From Clostridia bacterium (GTDB lineage Bacteria; Bacillota; Clostridia; Oscillospirales; CAG-272), in NCBI GenBank assembly GCA_017467165.1, contig JAFTST010000051.1:11952-75951 (forward strand): a stretch of DNA of 64,000 nt, given 5' to 3'. Both the position numbers and the translations under genes were made by a program. Numbering within the stretch: the stretch's first letter is position 1; every line of letters begins with the position of its first letter. Below, one piece after another: positions 21,361-33,517 of the stretch. The notes below the pieces were generated by a model, which worked only from the letters and a program-made list of their open reading frames with translations, had not been told where the DNA came from and searched no databases.

Positions 21361-22122
21361 TTATATCCTGAGCATTAGCTCCTTCGCTACCGCGGCATAT
21401 TCAAGCGAGCCCTTGCCGTATGGGTCGTGGTAACAAATAGGCTCTCCATAGCCCGGAGCCTCTGCTATTCTGACAGTTCTGGAGATTGGAACCTTGAAAA
21501 GCTTATCAGAATAGTACTTTTTGAGCTCGGCAACTACCTGACTTGTCAATGTAAGCCTTCCATTATACATAGTAAGGAGTATTCCAACTATCTGTAAGCC
21601 CGGATTATATAGCTGTTTTATCTTTTTTATAGTGTTAAAGAGCTGTGACATACCCTCAAGCGAGTAAAATTCGCATTGCATAGGTATAACAACGCCATCA
21701 GAAATAGACAAGGCCTTAACCGTGAGCATACCCAAGGAGGGCGGACAGTCGATAAATATGTAGTCAAAGCTGTCCTTTATACTATCCAGGGCGATTTTTG
21801 TGAAGTTTTCGTCCTCAGTGAGCTCATAAAGCTCCAGCTCAGCTCCTGCAAGGTCAATAGTGGCAGGAACAACGGACAAATTCTTGAATTTAGTCTTAAT
21901 AATAGCCTCTTTTATATCACATTTTCCAATTATGACGTCATAAATGGTCTTTTTTATCTTGGATTTTGATATTCCGAGTCCACTAGTGGCGTTTCCCTGC
22001 GGGTCCATATCTAATAAAAGCACCCTTTTGTCCTTTTTTGCTATCTGAGCAGCAATATTAACGCAGGACGTTGTTTTTCCAACTCCGCCCTTCTGATTTG
22101 AAAATGATACTACCTTAGCCAT
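21361..22122 (-). CDS. parA: ParA/Soj chromosome partitioning ATPase
   Basis: Deviant Walker A KGGVGKTT in MAKVVSFSNQKGGVGKTTSCVNIAA. At 253 aa it is a typical Soj. Confidence 0.93.
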   Translation of the reverse strand: MAKVVSFSNQKGGVGKTTSCVNIAAQIAKKDKRVLLLDMDPQGNATSGLGISKSKIKKTIYDVIIGKCDIKEAIIKTKFKNLSVVPATIDLAGAELELYELTEDENFTKIALDSIKDSFDYIFIDCPPSLGMLTVKALSISDGVVIPMQCEFYSLEGMSQLFNTIKKIKQLYNPGLQIVGILLTMYNGRLTLTSQVVAELKKYYSDKLFKVPISRTVRIAEAPGYGEPICYHDPYGKGSLEYAAVAKELMLRI

Positions 22123-22320
22123 ATTATCATCCTTTTGTTAACTTTAGAAAATAACATTAATGTTTTATCTAACAAAATAAAGCAAAATTAATACTAATTT
22201 ACTATATAAATTATAACATTTTTATACTATAAAGTCAATATTATAAAGAAAAAGCTTTAAAAATATATATAAAACACTCTTTTAGTGCTAAATTTCTGGA
22301 AAAAGACTATAAAACCAAAT

Positions 22321-22336
22321 TGTTTCACGTGAAACA
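22321..22336. promoter_or_regulatory. parS: parS centromere-like site (second perfect copy)
   Basis: TGTTTCACGTGAAACA lies about 200 bp upstream of the parA start. The flanks are the same as the first copy (ATTGTTTCACGTGAAACAAT). Confidence 0.9.
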
Positions 22337-22809
22337 ATGAATGTTGAATGTATTTTAGAATAATTTCTAATCAAACAGCGATTAATTAGTGGAAAGTGTG
22401 TTAATTCGGCTAAAAATAAGAATAAAGCTTTAAAGCGATATCGAAATTCAAAATTTGAGAAAAATATGAAATTCTATTTATTAATTGGAAAAATATGGAT
22501 AAAACTTCTGCTGTGGTGATTTATTCGTTGTTTTTCTGCAATTTCGAGTGTTTTTGCATATTTTGGTTGTAAAAAATGCGAATATTATTAAGTTAAAGAA
22601 AATTTAATACAAAAAACGGCTAATTTATTCTGTTTTTGCTTCAGAAATGAACTATAAAATACAAAAAATCCGTTTTAGTTCGTACATAGTACGAAAGAAT
22701 TAACATATTTTTATTGCTTAATTAAACTCGAATATTATAATAATATTCTATCTCTTGTATTTTTAGGATAAATCTGTTATACTATAAAGGATGAAAAAAG
22801 GAGCGAAAA

Positions 22810-23457
22810 ATGAAGACAATAATTTATCTTATAAGGCACGGTGAAAGCGTTGGAAACGTCAACCGAATATGCCTTGGACATACTGATTTGGGGCTTACTG
22901 ACAGAGGTACGAAGCAGGCGGAGCTAACTGCAAAAAAGTTATCAGACGTTATAGTATCCGCAGTATATTCCTCTGATTTAATTCGCGCATACAACACAGC
23001 TCTACCCCACGCAAATCTCAGGGGAATCACGGTGAAAACGTCGGAAGAGCTCAGAGAGCTATATTTCGGAGAATGGGAAAACCGTGCCGTAGCAGAGCTT
23101 GTCAGCGAATACGGCGATATGTTTCCTGTCGGCTGGCGTCAGAATTTCGCAAGCTTCACCCCTCCGTGTGGGGAAAATGTACAGGCGTGCGCTGTGAGAA
23201 TGGAAAGAGAGCTTAAAAGGCTTGCAGCAGGGCATTTTGGCGAGCAGATAATAGTTGTTTCTCACGCAGCGGCAATCAGAGCATTGTGGGGAAAAATTCT
23301 TGGCCTTTCGACAAAAGAGGCAACCTCGGCTATCAGCTTTCCTTCAAATGCCTCGTATTCGGTTCTTGAGTATGACGGAGATTGTGACAGACTTGTTCCT
23401 GTATCATATTCAAACGACGAGTATCTGGCAGAGCTTGTAACCGTTATACCGCAGTAA
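22810..23457 (+). CDS. Histidine phosphatase family protein (phosphoglycerate mutase-like)
   Basis: The N-terminal LIRHGES catalytic RHG motif occurs in MKTIIYLIRHGESVGNV. VVSHAAAIRAL follows later (the second His motif). Confidence 0.8.
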   Translation: MKTIIYLIRHGESVGNVNRICLGHTDLGLTDRGTKQAELTAKKLSDVIVSAVYSSDLIRAYNTALPHANLRGITVKTSEELRELYFGEWENRAVAELVSEYGDMFPVGWRQNFASFTPPCGENVQACAVRMERELKRLAAGHFGEQIIVVSHAAAIRALWGKILGLSTKEATSAISFPSNASYSVLEYDGDCDRLVPVSYSNDEYLAELVTVIPQ

Positions 23458-23528
23458 ATTCACACGGTACGGCACTAAACTTACTCTGTAAGAATCAGTT
23501 GTTTTTTCTGATGTAAACTAATATTTAC

Positions 23529-23566
23529 AAGCGGCATACTGCTTTGTCAGGGGTGCCGCTTTTTTC
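23529..23566 (+). terminator. Intrinsic terminator after the phosphatase gene
   Basis: AAGCGGCA ... TGCCGCTT stem followed by TTTTTC. Confidence 0.65.
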
Positions 23567-23579
23567 TAAGTAATTTTCT

Positions 23580-23935
23580 TGAGTGGGGAGATTTTAGTAA
23601 AAATAATTGAAAACATTGATTGAAAATAAGATTAACCAACAAGGATATACACAAAGTGGGGATAATATACCTAAATAAGACCCAATTATAAAATATTGAC
23701 TCTCCTGGTATGATAAAAGAAAATCAAGTATTTTCGTCGAGTGTCCAATAGTTTTTTCTGTGTTTTGATTATCTGAATATCAAAATAATTAAAAGTGGTG
23801 TTCGACATACAATAATAAATCAAAAACAATGGACAAGTGGGTAATACATTATATGTCACAGGCGAAAGTATTATTAAAGTGGGGTGAGAACACAAATTCC
23901 TAAATAATAATCTGTGTAATGTGGGGAAGTATTAT
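23580..23935. repeat. Dispersed array of six AGTGG(G/T)G-like motifs in a roughly 600-bp non-coding AT-rich region
   Basis: GAGTGGGGAG (23581), AAAGTGGGGAT (23653), AAAGTGGTGTT (23802), CAAGTGGGTAA (23834), AAAGTGGGGTG (23876) and AATGTGGGGAA (23918). Two copies are followed by CCTAAATAA, and two are adjacent to AAGTATTAT. Confidence 0.35.
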
Positions 23936-24159
23936 CTCAAAACTAAAGTTTTTCTACATATAATCCCTCCATTTAGCTTCAAAAAAGCTCTATTGTGTTA
24001 GGGAAGCTGACGCCAAAGGGGCACTAGGGATTGTTTTTCGCTCTGAGTTCTGATAAAGTACCTTTGTCACGTTATTTAAAAAAGCTTCGATGTCTTGTAA
24101 TCTTGTTTTTAAATCAGCTTCTCCGTGTTGGATTCCTTTAACTATTTGTCACTAATTTT

Positions 24160-24202
24160 TTTAAAAGTGAAAAAGGACAGAGAATGATGTCATTCTCTGT
24201 CC
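24160..24202 (-). terminator. Intrinsic terminator downstream of lacZ
   Basis: Perfect hairpin GGACAGAGAATGA / TCATTCTCTGTCC. On the minus strand it is followed by TTTTTCACTTTTAAAAAAA. Confidence 0.75.
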
Positions 24203-24254
24203 TACTGTCAGTGGGTGATAACCCAATAAATCATCACGGGCTTAGCTTTTAAGT

Positions 24255-27356
<3,102 letters not shown>

Positions 27357-27360
27357 TTAA

Positions 27361-28170
27361 TTAACAGTCGAGCCTCAGCGTAACCTCTCCTGTGATAAGC
27401 GACACCCTCTCGCCGTCAGCGCGCTCTACAAGAAGCTCGAAGCTCTCGCCAATGCCAAGGACGGTGGCGACGTATTCATCGGTGGGGGTTACAACCCTGA
27501 CGCGTCTGCCGATAAGGAAGCACCTTTTTCGGTACTCTTCAAGGACGGTGTTTCGGTTGTTCTCCTCTGAAAGCTCCAGGATTTTCGCTGTTATCCTTGC
27601 CGCAAGCTCACACCTATCAAGGCGCATACCGCATTCCGACTCAATATCCGTCGCTAGGCTCTCGACTCCCTCGCGCACACCCCGTGTGACGTTTAAGCCG
27701 ATTCCGACGACAGCGTATTTCATTTTATCAGAGAAGGGAAGGGCAGAGCCCTCGGTGAGAATACCGCATAGCTTTTTCTCTCCGATATATATATCGTTGA
27801 CCCACTTGATTTTGGGTCTGAGGGGGGTCAGCTCCTCGATAACCAAGCATACCGCTACGGCGGCGAGCGCAGTCAGATAACCGCCGTCAGAGAGTGAGAG
27901 CTCGGGGTAGAGAAGAATGCTCATATACAGCCCGCAGCCTGGGGGCGACTGAAAGCTTCTGCCGAGTCTGCCTCTTCCACCCGTCTGCGAGTTGGCTATG
28001 AAAAGTGTACGCCGTCCCGTGTCCTGCCGTGACTTTGCTTCTGTGTTGGTGGAGGGGATAGTATCAAAATATATGACCTCGGGCGAATCCTTGACGCCAA
28101 GTGTCGCGAGGGATTTTTCAATTTTTTCAGCGGATATATGGTTTTTGTTTTTCTTTCCCAAGAGCGCCAT
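27361..28170 (-). CDS. birA: Biotin--[acetyl-CoA-carboxylase] ligase (group I, no N-terminal HTH evident)
   Basis: The GGRGRLGRSFQSP motif corresponds to the BirA GRGRxGRxW loop. KWVNDIY is also present, and the 269-aa length fits. Confidence 0.85.
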   Translation of the reverse strand: MALLGKKNKNHISAEKIEKSLATLGVKDSPEVIYFDTIPSTNTEAKSRQDTGRRTLFIANSQTGGRGRLGRSFQSPPGCGLYMSILLYPELSLSDGGYLTALAAVAVCLVIEELTPLRPKIKWVNDIYIGEKKLCGILTEGSALPFSDKMKYAVVGIGLNVTRGVREGVESLATDIESECGMRLDRCELAARITAKILELSEENNRNTVLEEYRKRCFLIGRRVRVVTPTDEYVATVLGIGESFELLVERADGERVSLITGEVTLRLDC

Positions 28171-28291
28171 TTTCTCACCTCGGCATAAATTAATAATATA
28201 ATATGATTTTACTATATGACACTTCTTTTGTCAACCGATAAATATTTTCACTCCTCTCGGGCAAAATATAGAAAAAGAAAAGGAGAGGGCA

Positions 28292-28468
28292 ATGTTTGGA
28301 AAAAGCGAAAGAAAGAGAAGAAATCCCACGCTGACTCTCGCGGTTGGCGCTCTGGCGGCTATTGGCGCTGTCAGTATAGTCAAGTGCGGAAAGAAAATTG
28401 CCGGCGAGGTGGGAAGGAAGATGAAGGCGATAATAAGAGGAGCGTCTGAAGAGTGCGACTCTCCTTAA
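28292..28468 (+). CDS. Possible 58-aa small membrane protein
   Basis: It falls below the ORF-track cutoff. An AAGGAGAGGG RBS lies 2 nt before the ATG. The product is MFGKSERKRRNPTLTLAVGALAAIGAVSIVKCGKK..., with one TM helix after a basic N-terminus. A strong terminator follows directly. Confidence 0.45.
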   Translation: MFGKSERKRRNPTLTLAVGALAAIGAVSIVKCGKKIAGEVGRKMKAIIRGASEECDSP

Positions 28469-28499
28469 CAAGGACGCCCTCACACGCATACTATATATA

Positions 28500-28530
28500 G
28501 GGGCAGGGAGTGACTCCCGCCCCTTTTTTC
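28500..28530 (+). terminator. Intrinsic terminator
   Basis: GGGGCAGGGAG tgac CTCCCGCCCC followed by TTTTTTT. Confidence 0.75.
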
Positions 28531-28553
28531 AGAACCTGACAATAGGAGAGGAT

Positions 28554-29297
28554 ATGACTGTAATTACTTATGAGAAAAACGAAAGAGGGGAGGCGTGTCG
28601 CGAAATGCTGCTCGCCTCCGAAATTATATCCGACTATAAAATGTTAACAATACTTCCCATTCCGTTCACTCGCGACGGGGTTAATCTCTCCTCGGGGGAT
28701 ATATCCGTGAGCGAGCTGTGCTCGGGTGACTTCGAGGGGGGTCTTGTCGTTGGATACGGGATACCTGTCGAGGTTAAGGCTCGCCTTTCTGAGCTTGGCG
28801 CTGTGGTGGTGGACTGCGAGGGTGACGAGAGATTTCTCCTCGAGAACGCTTATCTTACAGCGCTCGCTACGGTGAGGGTGATACTCGGCGACGGCGCTCG
28901 CTCGCCCGAGGAGCTCGGGATTGGTATCGTTGGCTATGGCAGGATAGGGAGGTCGCTTGCCCGTATGCTTCTCTCGCTCGGCGCCTCGCCCGTGGTCTAC
29001 ACCTCAAGAGAGGACGTGGCTATCTGCCTCGGTGAGTCGGGTGTCAGCTGCGAGAGGGTTTCGGATATCCGTGAGATTTCGGGGCTTGACTATCTTATCA
29101 ACACCTCGCCCTCGCCATATCTTCTCGAGTGTGAGATTGATATGGGAGTGAGGATTCTCGAGCTCTGCCCCGGGGATAACTTTTCCGGCGGTACGGTTCA
29201 AAGACTCCCGGCACTCCCAGCTCGTTATTTCCCTGTAACCGCGGGACACAGGTGGGCGCAGTCCGCTCTTAGGCTTCTTTCGGAGGTGAAAAGATGA
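28554..29297 (+). CDS. dpaA: Dipicolinate synthase subunit A
   Basis: Rossmann motif IGIVGYGRIGRSLARML. The start/stop overlaps the flavoprotein-like dpaB, and the 247-aa size is typical of SpoVFA. Confidence 0.75.
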   Translation: MTVITYEKNERGEACREMLLASEIISDYKMLTILPIPFTRDGVNLSSGDISVSELCSGDFEGGLVVGYGIPVEVKARLSELGAVVVDCEGDERFLLENAYLTALATVRVILGDGARSPEELGIGIVGYGRIGRSLARMLLSLGASPVVYTSREDVAICLGESGVSCERVSDIREISGLDYLINTSPSPYLLECEIDMGVRILELCPGDNFSGGTVQRLPALPARYFPVTAGHRWAQSALRLLSEVKR

Positions 29298-29860
29298 CAA
29301 GGCTGGGTTATTGCTTCACGGGCTCGTTCTGTACCTTCGAGCGCTCCTTCGAGGCTCTGCGCGGCCTTGTCAACGCGGGGTATGACGTACAACCGATAAT
29401 GAGCGAAAACGCCTATTATACCGACACCAGATTCGCCGTCGCGGAGGAGTTTTCGCACAGGGTAGAGGAGCTGACGGGAAGGAAAATCATACACACGGTC
29501 AAGGACGCCGAGCCTCTCGGGCCGAAAAATCCGCTCGACCTTCTGGTTATCGCGCCCTGCACGGGCAACACTCTGGCGAAGCTTGCCCGAGGAATAACCG
29601 ACACCTCGGCTACAATGGCGGCGAAGGCGCATCTCAGGCGCGACAGACCCCTCTTGATAGCCCTGTCCTCGAATGACGCTATGTCCCAGAACCTGTCGGG
29701 AATATCTATGCTGCTGACAAGAAAGAGCGTGTACTTTCTTCCCATGAGCCAGGACGACCCAACAGGAAAGCCCTATTCTCTAGTCGCAGATTTCACTCTG
29801 ATGCGCGAGGGGGTGCTCGCCGCGCTGTCGGGCGAGCAGTTAAGACCGCTATTTATCTGA
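29294..29860 (+). CDS. dpaB: Dipicolinate synthase subunit B (flavoprotein family)
   Basis: RLGYCFTGSFCTF...APCTGNTLAKLARGITDT is a signature of SpoVFB / flavoprotein-family subunits. Confidence 0.8.
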   Translation: MTRLGYCFTGSFCTFERSFEALRGLVNAGYDVQPIMSENAYYTDTRFAVAEEFSHRVEELTGRKIIHTVKDAEPLGPKNPLDLLVIAPCTGNTLAKLARGITDTSATMAAKAHLRRDRPLLIALSSNDAMSQNLSGISMLLTRKSVYFLPMSQDDPTGKPYSLVADFTLMREGVLAALSGEQLRPLFI

Positions 29861-29887
29861 CAAATCCCGGGTGATTTTCTCTGCTCG

Positions 29888-29916
29888 TTGACTTTTTCCT
29901 GTCAATATGTTAAAAT
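29888..29916 (+). promoter_or_regulatory. Sigma-A type promoter with an extended -10
   Basis: TTGACT (29888-29893), a 17-nt spacer ending in TGT, then TAAAAT (29911-29916). Confidence 0.5.
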
Positions 29917-29949
29917 TATAGGAAAAAAACAGTCAACGGATGTATATAT

Positions 29950-32022
29950 ATGAGAATAGAAAAGGGATTACCCGAGCTTCTTGCCCCTGCGGGAGATTTT
30001 GAATGTCTTTTGGCGGCGGTCAAGGGCGGAGCGGACGCCGTCTACGTCGGCGGCAGAAGCTTTGGAGCGAGAGCTTATGCTAAAAATTTTGATACAGACG
30101 AGCTGAGGGCGGCGGTGGTGTATTGTCACCTCCACGGTGTGAAGCTGTACGTTACGGTCAACACCCTGCTTGACGACGCGGAGCTTATCTCTGCGGTTGA
30201 GTTCGCCTTCGAGCTGTACAGGATTGGCGTTGATGCGCTGATCGTCGCAGACCTCGGTTTGATAAGAGAGCTTCGCAGGCTGCTTCCCGAGATGGAGCTG
30301 CACGCCTCGACACAGGTATCTGTACACAACTCGCTCGGCGCTGACGAGGCGTACAGGCTGGGTTGCTCGCGCGTTGTGCTGGCAAGAGAATGCTCCGAGA
30401 GAGATATAGCAGAGATAACCGAGAGCTGTCTTGCATATACCGAGGTGTTCCTGCACGGTGCGCTCTGTGTCTGCCATTCGGGGCAGTGCCTGTTTTCCTC
30501 TCTCGTAGGAGGAAGGAGCGGAAATCGCGGAGAGTGCGCTCAGCCCTGCCGTCTTCCGTACGCCGACGGGGGTTATCCGCTCTCGCTCTCCGACCTCTCG
30601 CTCGCATCTCACGTGCCGTCGCTTATCAGGGCGGGTGTTGCATCGCTCAAGATTGAGGGAAGAATGAAGGCGCCCGACTACGTCTATACCGTTACATCGA
30701 TATACCGCAGACTGCTCGACGAGGGCAGGGCGGCAACTCGCGAGGAGATAAGAGCGCTCGAGCGAGCCTTCAGCCGAGGCGGATTCACCGACGGTTACTA
30801 TACAGAAAAAACCGAGAGCAGGGCTATGCTCGGAGTCAGGTCAAGGGAGGATAAGGAGGCGACCAAGGAAGCGCGAAAAGAGGGTGCGGAAGCCGCCTTT
30901 CTGCCAACCCGTGTGAAGATTTTCGCCGAGGCGGAGATAAGAAGGGGGGAGCCGTCAAGGCTTACTCTTATGACAGGGGACGGCAGGCGCGCCGTCGCTC
31001 TTGGTGCTGTGGCGGATGAGGCTATATCAAGATCGCTGACACAGGACGAGGTCAAATCAAGGCTTGCTAAGATGGGTAACACCTTCTTCGAGCTGTCGGT
31101 GTCGGATATTGAACTCACTCTTGACGATGGTGTAAATCTTTCTCCCAAGGACATCAACGAGCTTCGTCGCGAGGCGGTAGCACATCTTGAGGGAGTATAT
31201 TCCGGCGGCGGTGAGGCAGAGCTCGATAAGAGCCTGATTGGAAAGGGCATCTCAGAGCCGTTATATGTCGACAAGGTCAGGACTACGGCGGTATTTTATC
31301 GTCCCGAGGAGTATTTTTCTCTGTCTTCCGACTCTTCGCAGATGATTGACCTCGCTTTTCTTCCACTCTGGAACACCGATTTCTCCGGGGTAGACCCCGA
31401 GCGCGTGGGAGTTATGCTTCCTCCCGTGGTGATGGAAAGAGAGCTTGGAGAGGTGAGGGCTATGCTTACCAAAGCTCGCGAGGCGGGAGTGAAATACGCC
31501 CTCGCAGGAAACCTCGGACACCTATCGCTTGCCAGAGAGGCGGGGCTTGTCGTCCTTGGAGATTTCAGATTCAATATAACAAATTCCTGCACGGGTGACG
31601 TTTTAACCTCGCTCGGTGTAAATAATAATTTACTTTCGCCTGAGTTAAATCCTGCGGCGGCGAGGGCTATTGGCGGAAGCGTCGTGGCTATGGGAAGAAT
31701 ACCTCTGATGATAACCGAGCGTTGCTTCATGCGTGATGCCTGCGGCTGCTCGGGCTGCTCCGAGTGCTCGCTCGTTGACAGAAGGGGAGCGGCGTTTCCA
31801 ATGATGCGCGAGTATAAGCATCGCACGCTGATTTTCAACTCCGCCCTGACCTATATGGGCGACAGGCAGGATGAGCTGCGCGGCATCAGGGGAAGACACT
31901 TCATATTCTCCACGGAGAGCGCAGGAGAAATAACATCTCTCATAAGAGCCTTCACCCGTGGCGAGAAGATGCCCCTATCCATGCCCCTCAGGAGAATGGG
32001 AAGGCGCGTAGTCAAGGGCTAA
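29950..32022 (+). CDS. Peptidase U32 family protein (long form with a C-terminal extension)
   Basis: The N-terminal PELLAPAGDFECLLAAVKGGADAVYVGG and the later Cys-rich EVFLHGALCVCHSGQCLFSS...GNRGECAQPCR are U32 hallmarks. Confidence 0.85.
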   Translation: MRIEKGLPELLAPAGDFECLLAAVKGGADAVYVGGRSFGARAYAKNFDTDELRAAVVYCHLHGVKLYVTVNTLLDDAELISAVEFAFELYRIGVDALIVADLGLIRELRRLLPEMELHASTQVSVHNSLGADEAYRLGCSRVVLARECSERDIAEITESCLAYTEVFLHGALCVCHSGQCLFSSLVGGRSGNRGECAQPCRLPYADGGYPLSLSDLSLASHVPSLIRAGVASLKIEGRMKAPDYVYTVTSIYRRLLDEGRAATREEIRALERAFSRGGFTDGYYTEKTESRAMLGVRSREDKEATKEARKEGAEAAFLPTRVKIFAEAEIRRGEPSRLTLMTGDGRRAVALGAVADEAISRSLTQDEVKSRLAKMGNTFFELSVSDIELTLDDGVNLSPKDINELRREAVAHLEGVYSGGGEAELDKSLIGKGISEPLYVDKVRTTAVFYRPEEYFSLSSDSSQMIDLAFLPLWNTDFSGVDPERVGVMLPPVVMERELGEVRAMLTKAREAGVKYALAGNLGHLSLAREAGLVVLGDFRFNITNSCTGDVLTSLGVNNNLLSPELNPAAARAIGGSVVAMGRIPLMITERCFMRDACGCSGCSECSLVDRRGAAFPMMREYKHRTLIFNSALTYMGDRQDELRGIRGRHFIFSTESAGEITSLIRAFTRGEKMPLSMPLRRMGRRVVKG

Positions 32023-32044
32023 TGTGATATAGTAACTTTTTTTG

Positions 32045-32075
32045 AAAGGGCGGTTTTCGGACCGCCCTTTTTTTG
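32045..32075 (+). terminator. Intrinsic terminator (upstream boundary of the novel cluster)
   Basis: GGGCGGT tttcgg ACCGCCC followed by TTTTTTTT. Confidence 0.8.
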
Positions 32076-32215
32076 TTGAAATCCTAGTATGGATAAATAT
32101 ATCACGCGTTTTTGAAAAATGTCGGACTAATCCTGCGAAAGCCCAAAGGAGGCGCCGTTAAGGCTGTGAGGGGAGATTTTTCCGGCGAAAAATTAAAAAA
32201 TCCATTTATTCGCTG

Positions 32216-32244
32216 TTGACATACTAATGTGCGTGTGTTAAAAT
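32216..32244 (+). promoter_or_regulatory. Consensus sigma-A promoter with an extended -10, driving the Hsp70/GTPase cluster
   Basis: TTGACA (32216-32221), a 17-nt spacer ending in TGT, then TAAAAT (32239-32244). It lies 55 nt upstream of the ATG at 32300. Confidence 0.6.
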
Positions 32245-32299
32245 ATTATTAATTTATTAATAAAATAAAAACGATTTATAAATCAGGAAGGAATGAATT

Positions 32300-33463
32300 A
32301 TGGACGAAAAAATCAATTCGGTGCCCGAGGCTACCGAAGAAGTGTCTTCGAACAACGTGACGGTTGCTGACGTTTTCGTTGACAATCAGGACGACGAGGT
32401 AGAATGCGTTGCCGCTGCGAAGGCTGTCGAGTGCGCCACTCCCGCTGTTGAGGCTGCCCAGTGCGAGGAGCCTGCTGTCGAGTGCGAGGAGTCCGTGTGT
32501 GAGGCTGCCACCGAGGCAGAGCCCGCTGTGGTTCCCGGCGCAAGCGTTGAGGAGATTAAGCAGCTTCTCGAGCTTATCGCTCCCCACCTTGCCGCAGTAA
32601 GAAATCAGATAGTTCACTACAAGGAAAAGGATGTGAATATCACCAAGGCCAACAAAATAATGCAGGATTACCGCGAGGGCTTCGAGGAGAAGATGTTCAA
32701 ATCCGTTGCTATGGAGCTTATCTCGCTTCGCGAGAGCTGCAGAAAGACCGTCAGGGAGTTTGGTATGCGCCAGCTCTCGCTCGACGAGTACAAGAAGTAC
32801 CTCGGCTTCCTCGTGTATGACTACGAGGACTTGCTCGTTAACCTCAACATCGTTATTGACGGCGATAAGGTTATCTACAACAAGAGAGATATATCCGAGG
32901 CTCCCGTGAGCAAAATTACCCTCGCCGAGATTGAGGAGCAGACCTACCCCGAGCTTCCCGAGATAACCGACTACACCTTCGAGGGAATAGCGAATTATCT
33001 CGCCAGCGTCGAGAGCTACTATGACTCGCTTCTCAAGGACAACGCCGTGCGTGACAGGGCAATAGGCACCTATATCGACCACGCGGCGCTCTACGAGCAG
33101 GGCGTGTATCAGGTTATGCTCTATCCCGTTATCTCGAGAATCGCGAGATTCTACGACAAGCTCTCGGCAGACGTCAAGGAGTGCGTTGAAAATCTCACAG
33201 AGGATAACGCAGGAGAGCTCTACTGCGGCTGTATGACACGCACCGCCAACGCTCTTGAGGGGATGCTCAACGAGTGCGGAGTGCTTATCGACGAGTACGT
33301 TTCGGACAGCTATGAGCTCAGAAAGCACAGGCTCTTAAAGACCGTGCCCACCGACGACCCCGCCCTGAACGGCAGAATCGTCAAGAGATACTGCGACCTC
33401 TACACTATGGGTAACGAGGTTATCTATCAGATGAAGGTCGACGTGTATAAGGCGACTACTTAA
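32300..33463 (+). CDS. Hypothetical protein with an acidic Cys-containing repeat N-terminus and a helical region with weak GrpE-like character
   Basis: 387 aa with a GGAAGGA RBS. The N-terminus carries VECVAAAKAVECATPAVEAAQCEEPAVECEESVCEAATEAE. The central segment KANKIMQDYREGFEEKMFKSVAMELISLRES...LVYDYEDLLVNLNIVIDGDKVIYN resembles the GrpE dimerisation helix plus beta-domain pattern by eye only. Confidence 0.7.
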   Translation: MDEKINSVPEATEEVSSNNVTVADVFVDNQDDEVECVAAAKAVECATPAVEAAQCEEPAVECEESVCEAATEAEPAVVPGASVEEIKQLLELIAPHLAAVRNQIVHYKEKDVNITKANKIMQDYREGFEEKMFKSVAMELISLRESCRKTVREFGMRQLSLDEYKKYLGFLVYDYEDLLVNLNIVIDGDKVIYNKRDISEAPVSKITLAEIEEQTYPELPEITDYTFEGIANYLASVESYYDSLLKDNAVRDRAIGTYIDHAALYEQGVYQVMLYPVISRIARFYDKLSADVKECVENLTEDNAGELYCGCMTRTANALEGMLNECGVLIDEYVSDSYELRKHRLLKTVPTDDPALNGRIVKRYCDLYTMGNEVIYQMKVDVYKATT

Positions 33464-33517
33464 TCAAAGCGCGATATTAAAATTCATATAAAAACAAAAT
33501 CCAAAAGGAGAAACAAA

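Noticed and set aside
23580-23935. A CRISPR array or tandem repeat locus.
   Set aside because: The repeated cores are only about 7-10 nt, irregularly spaced (roughly 30-150 nt apart) and degenerate. There are no cas genes and no regular repeat-spacer periodicity.
28216-28449. A 77-aa Lys/Arg-rich ORF from the ORF track.
   Set aside because: It has no RBS. An alternative frame (28292..28468) has a strong RBS, a plausible TM helix and a terminator directly after it, and I preferred that one.
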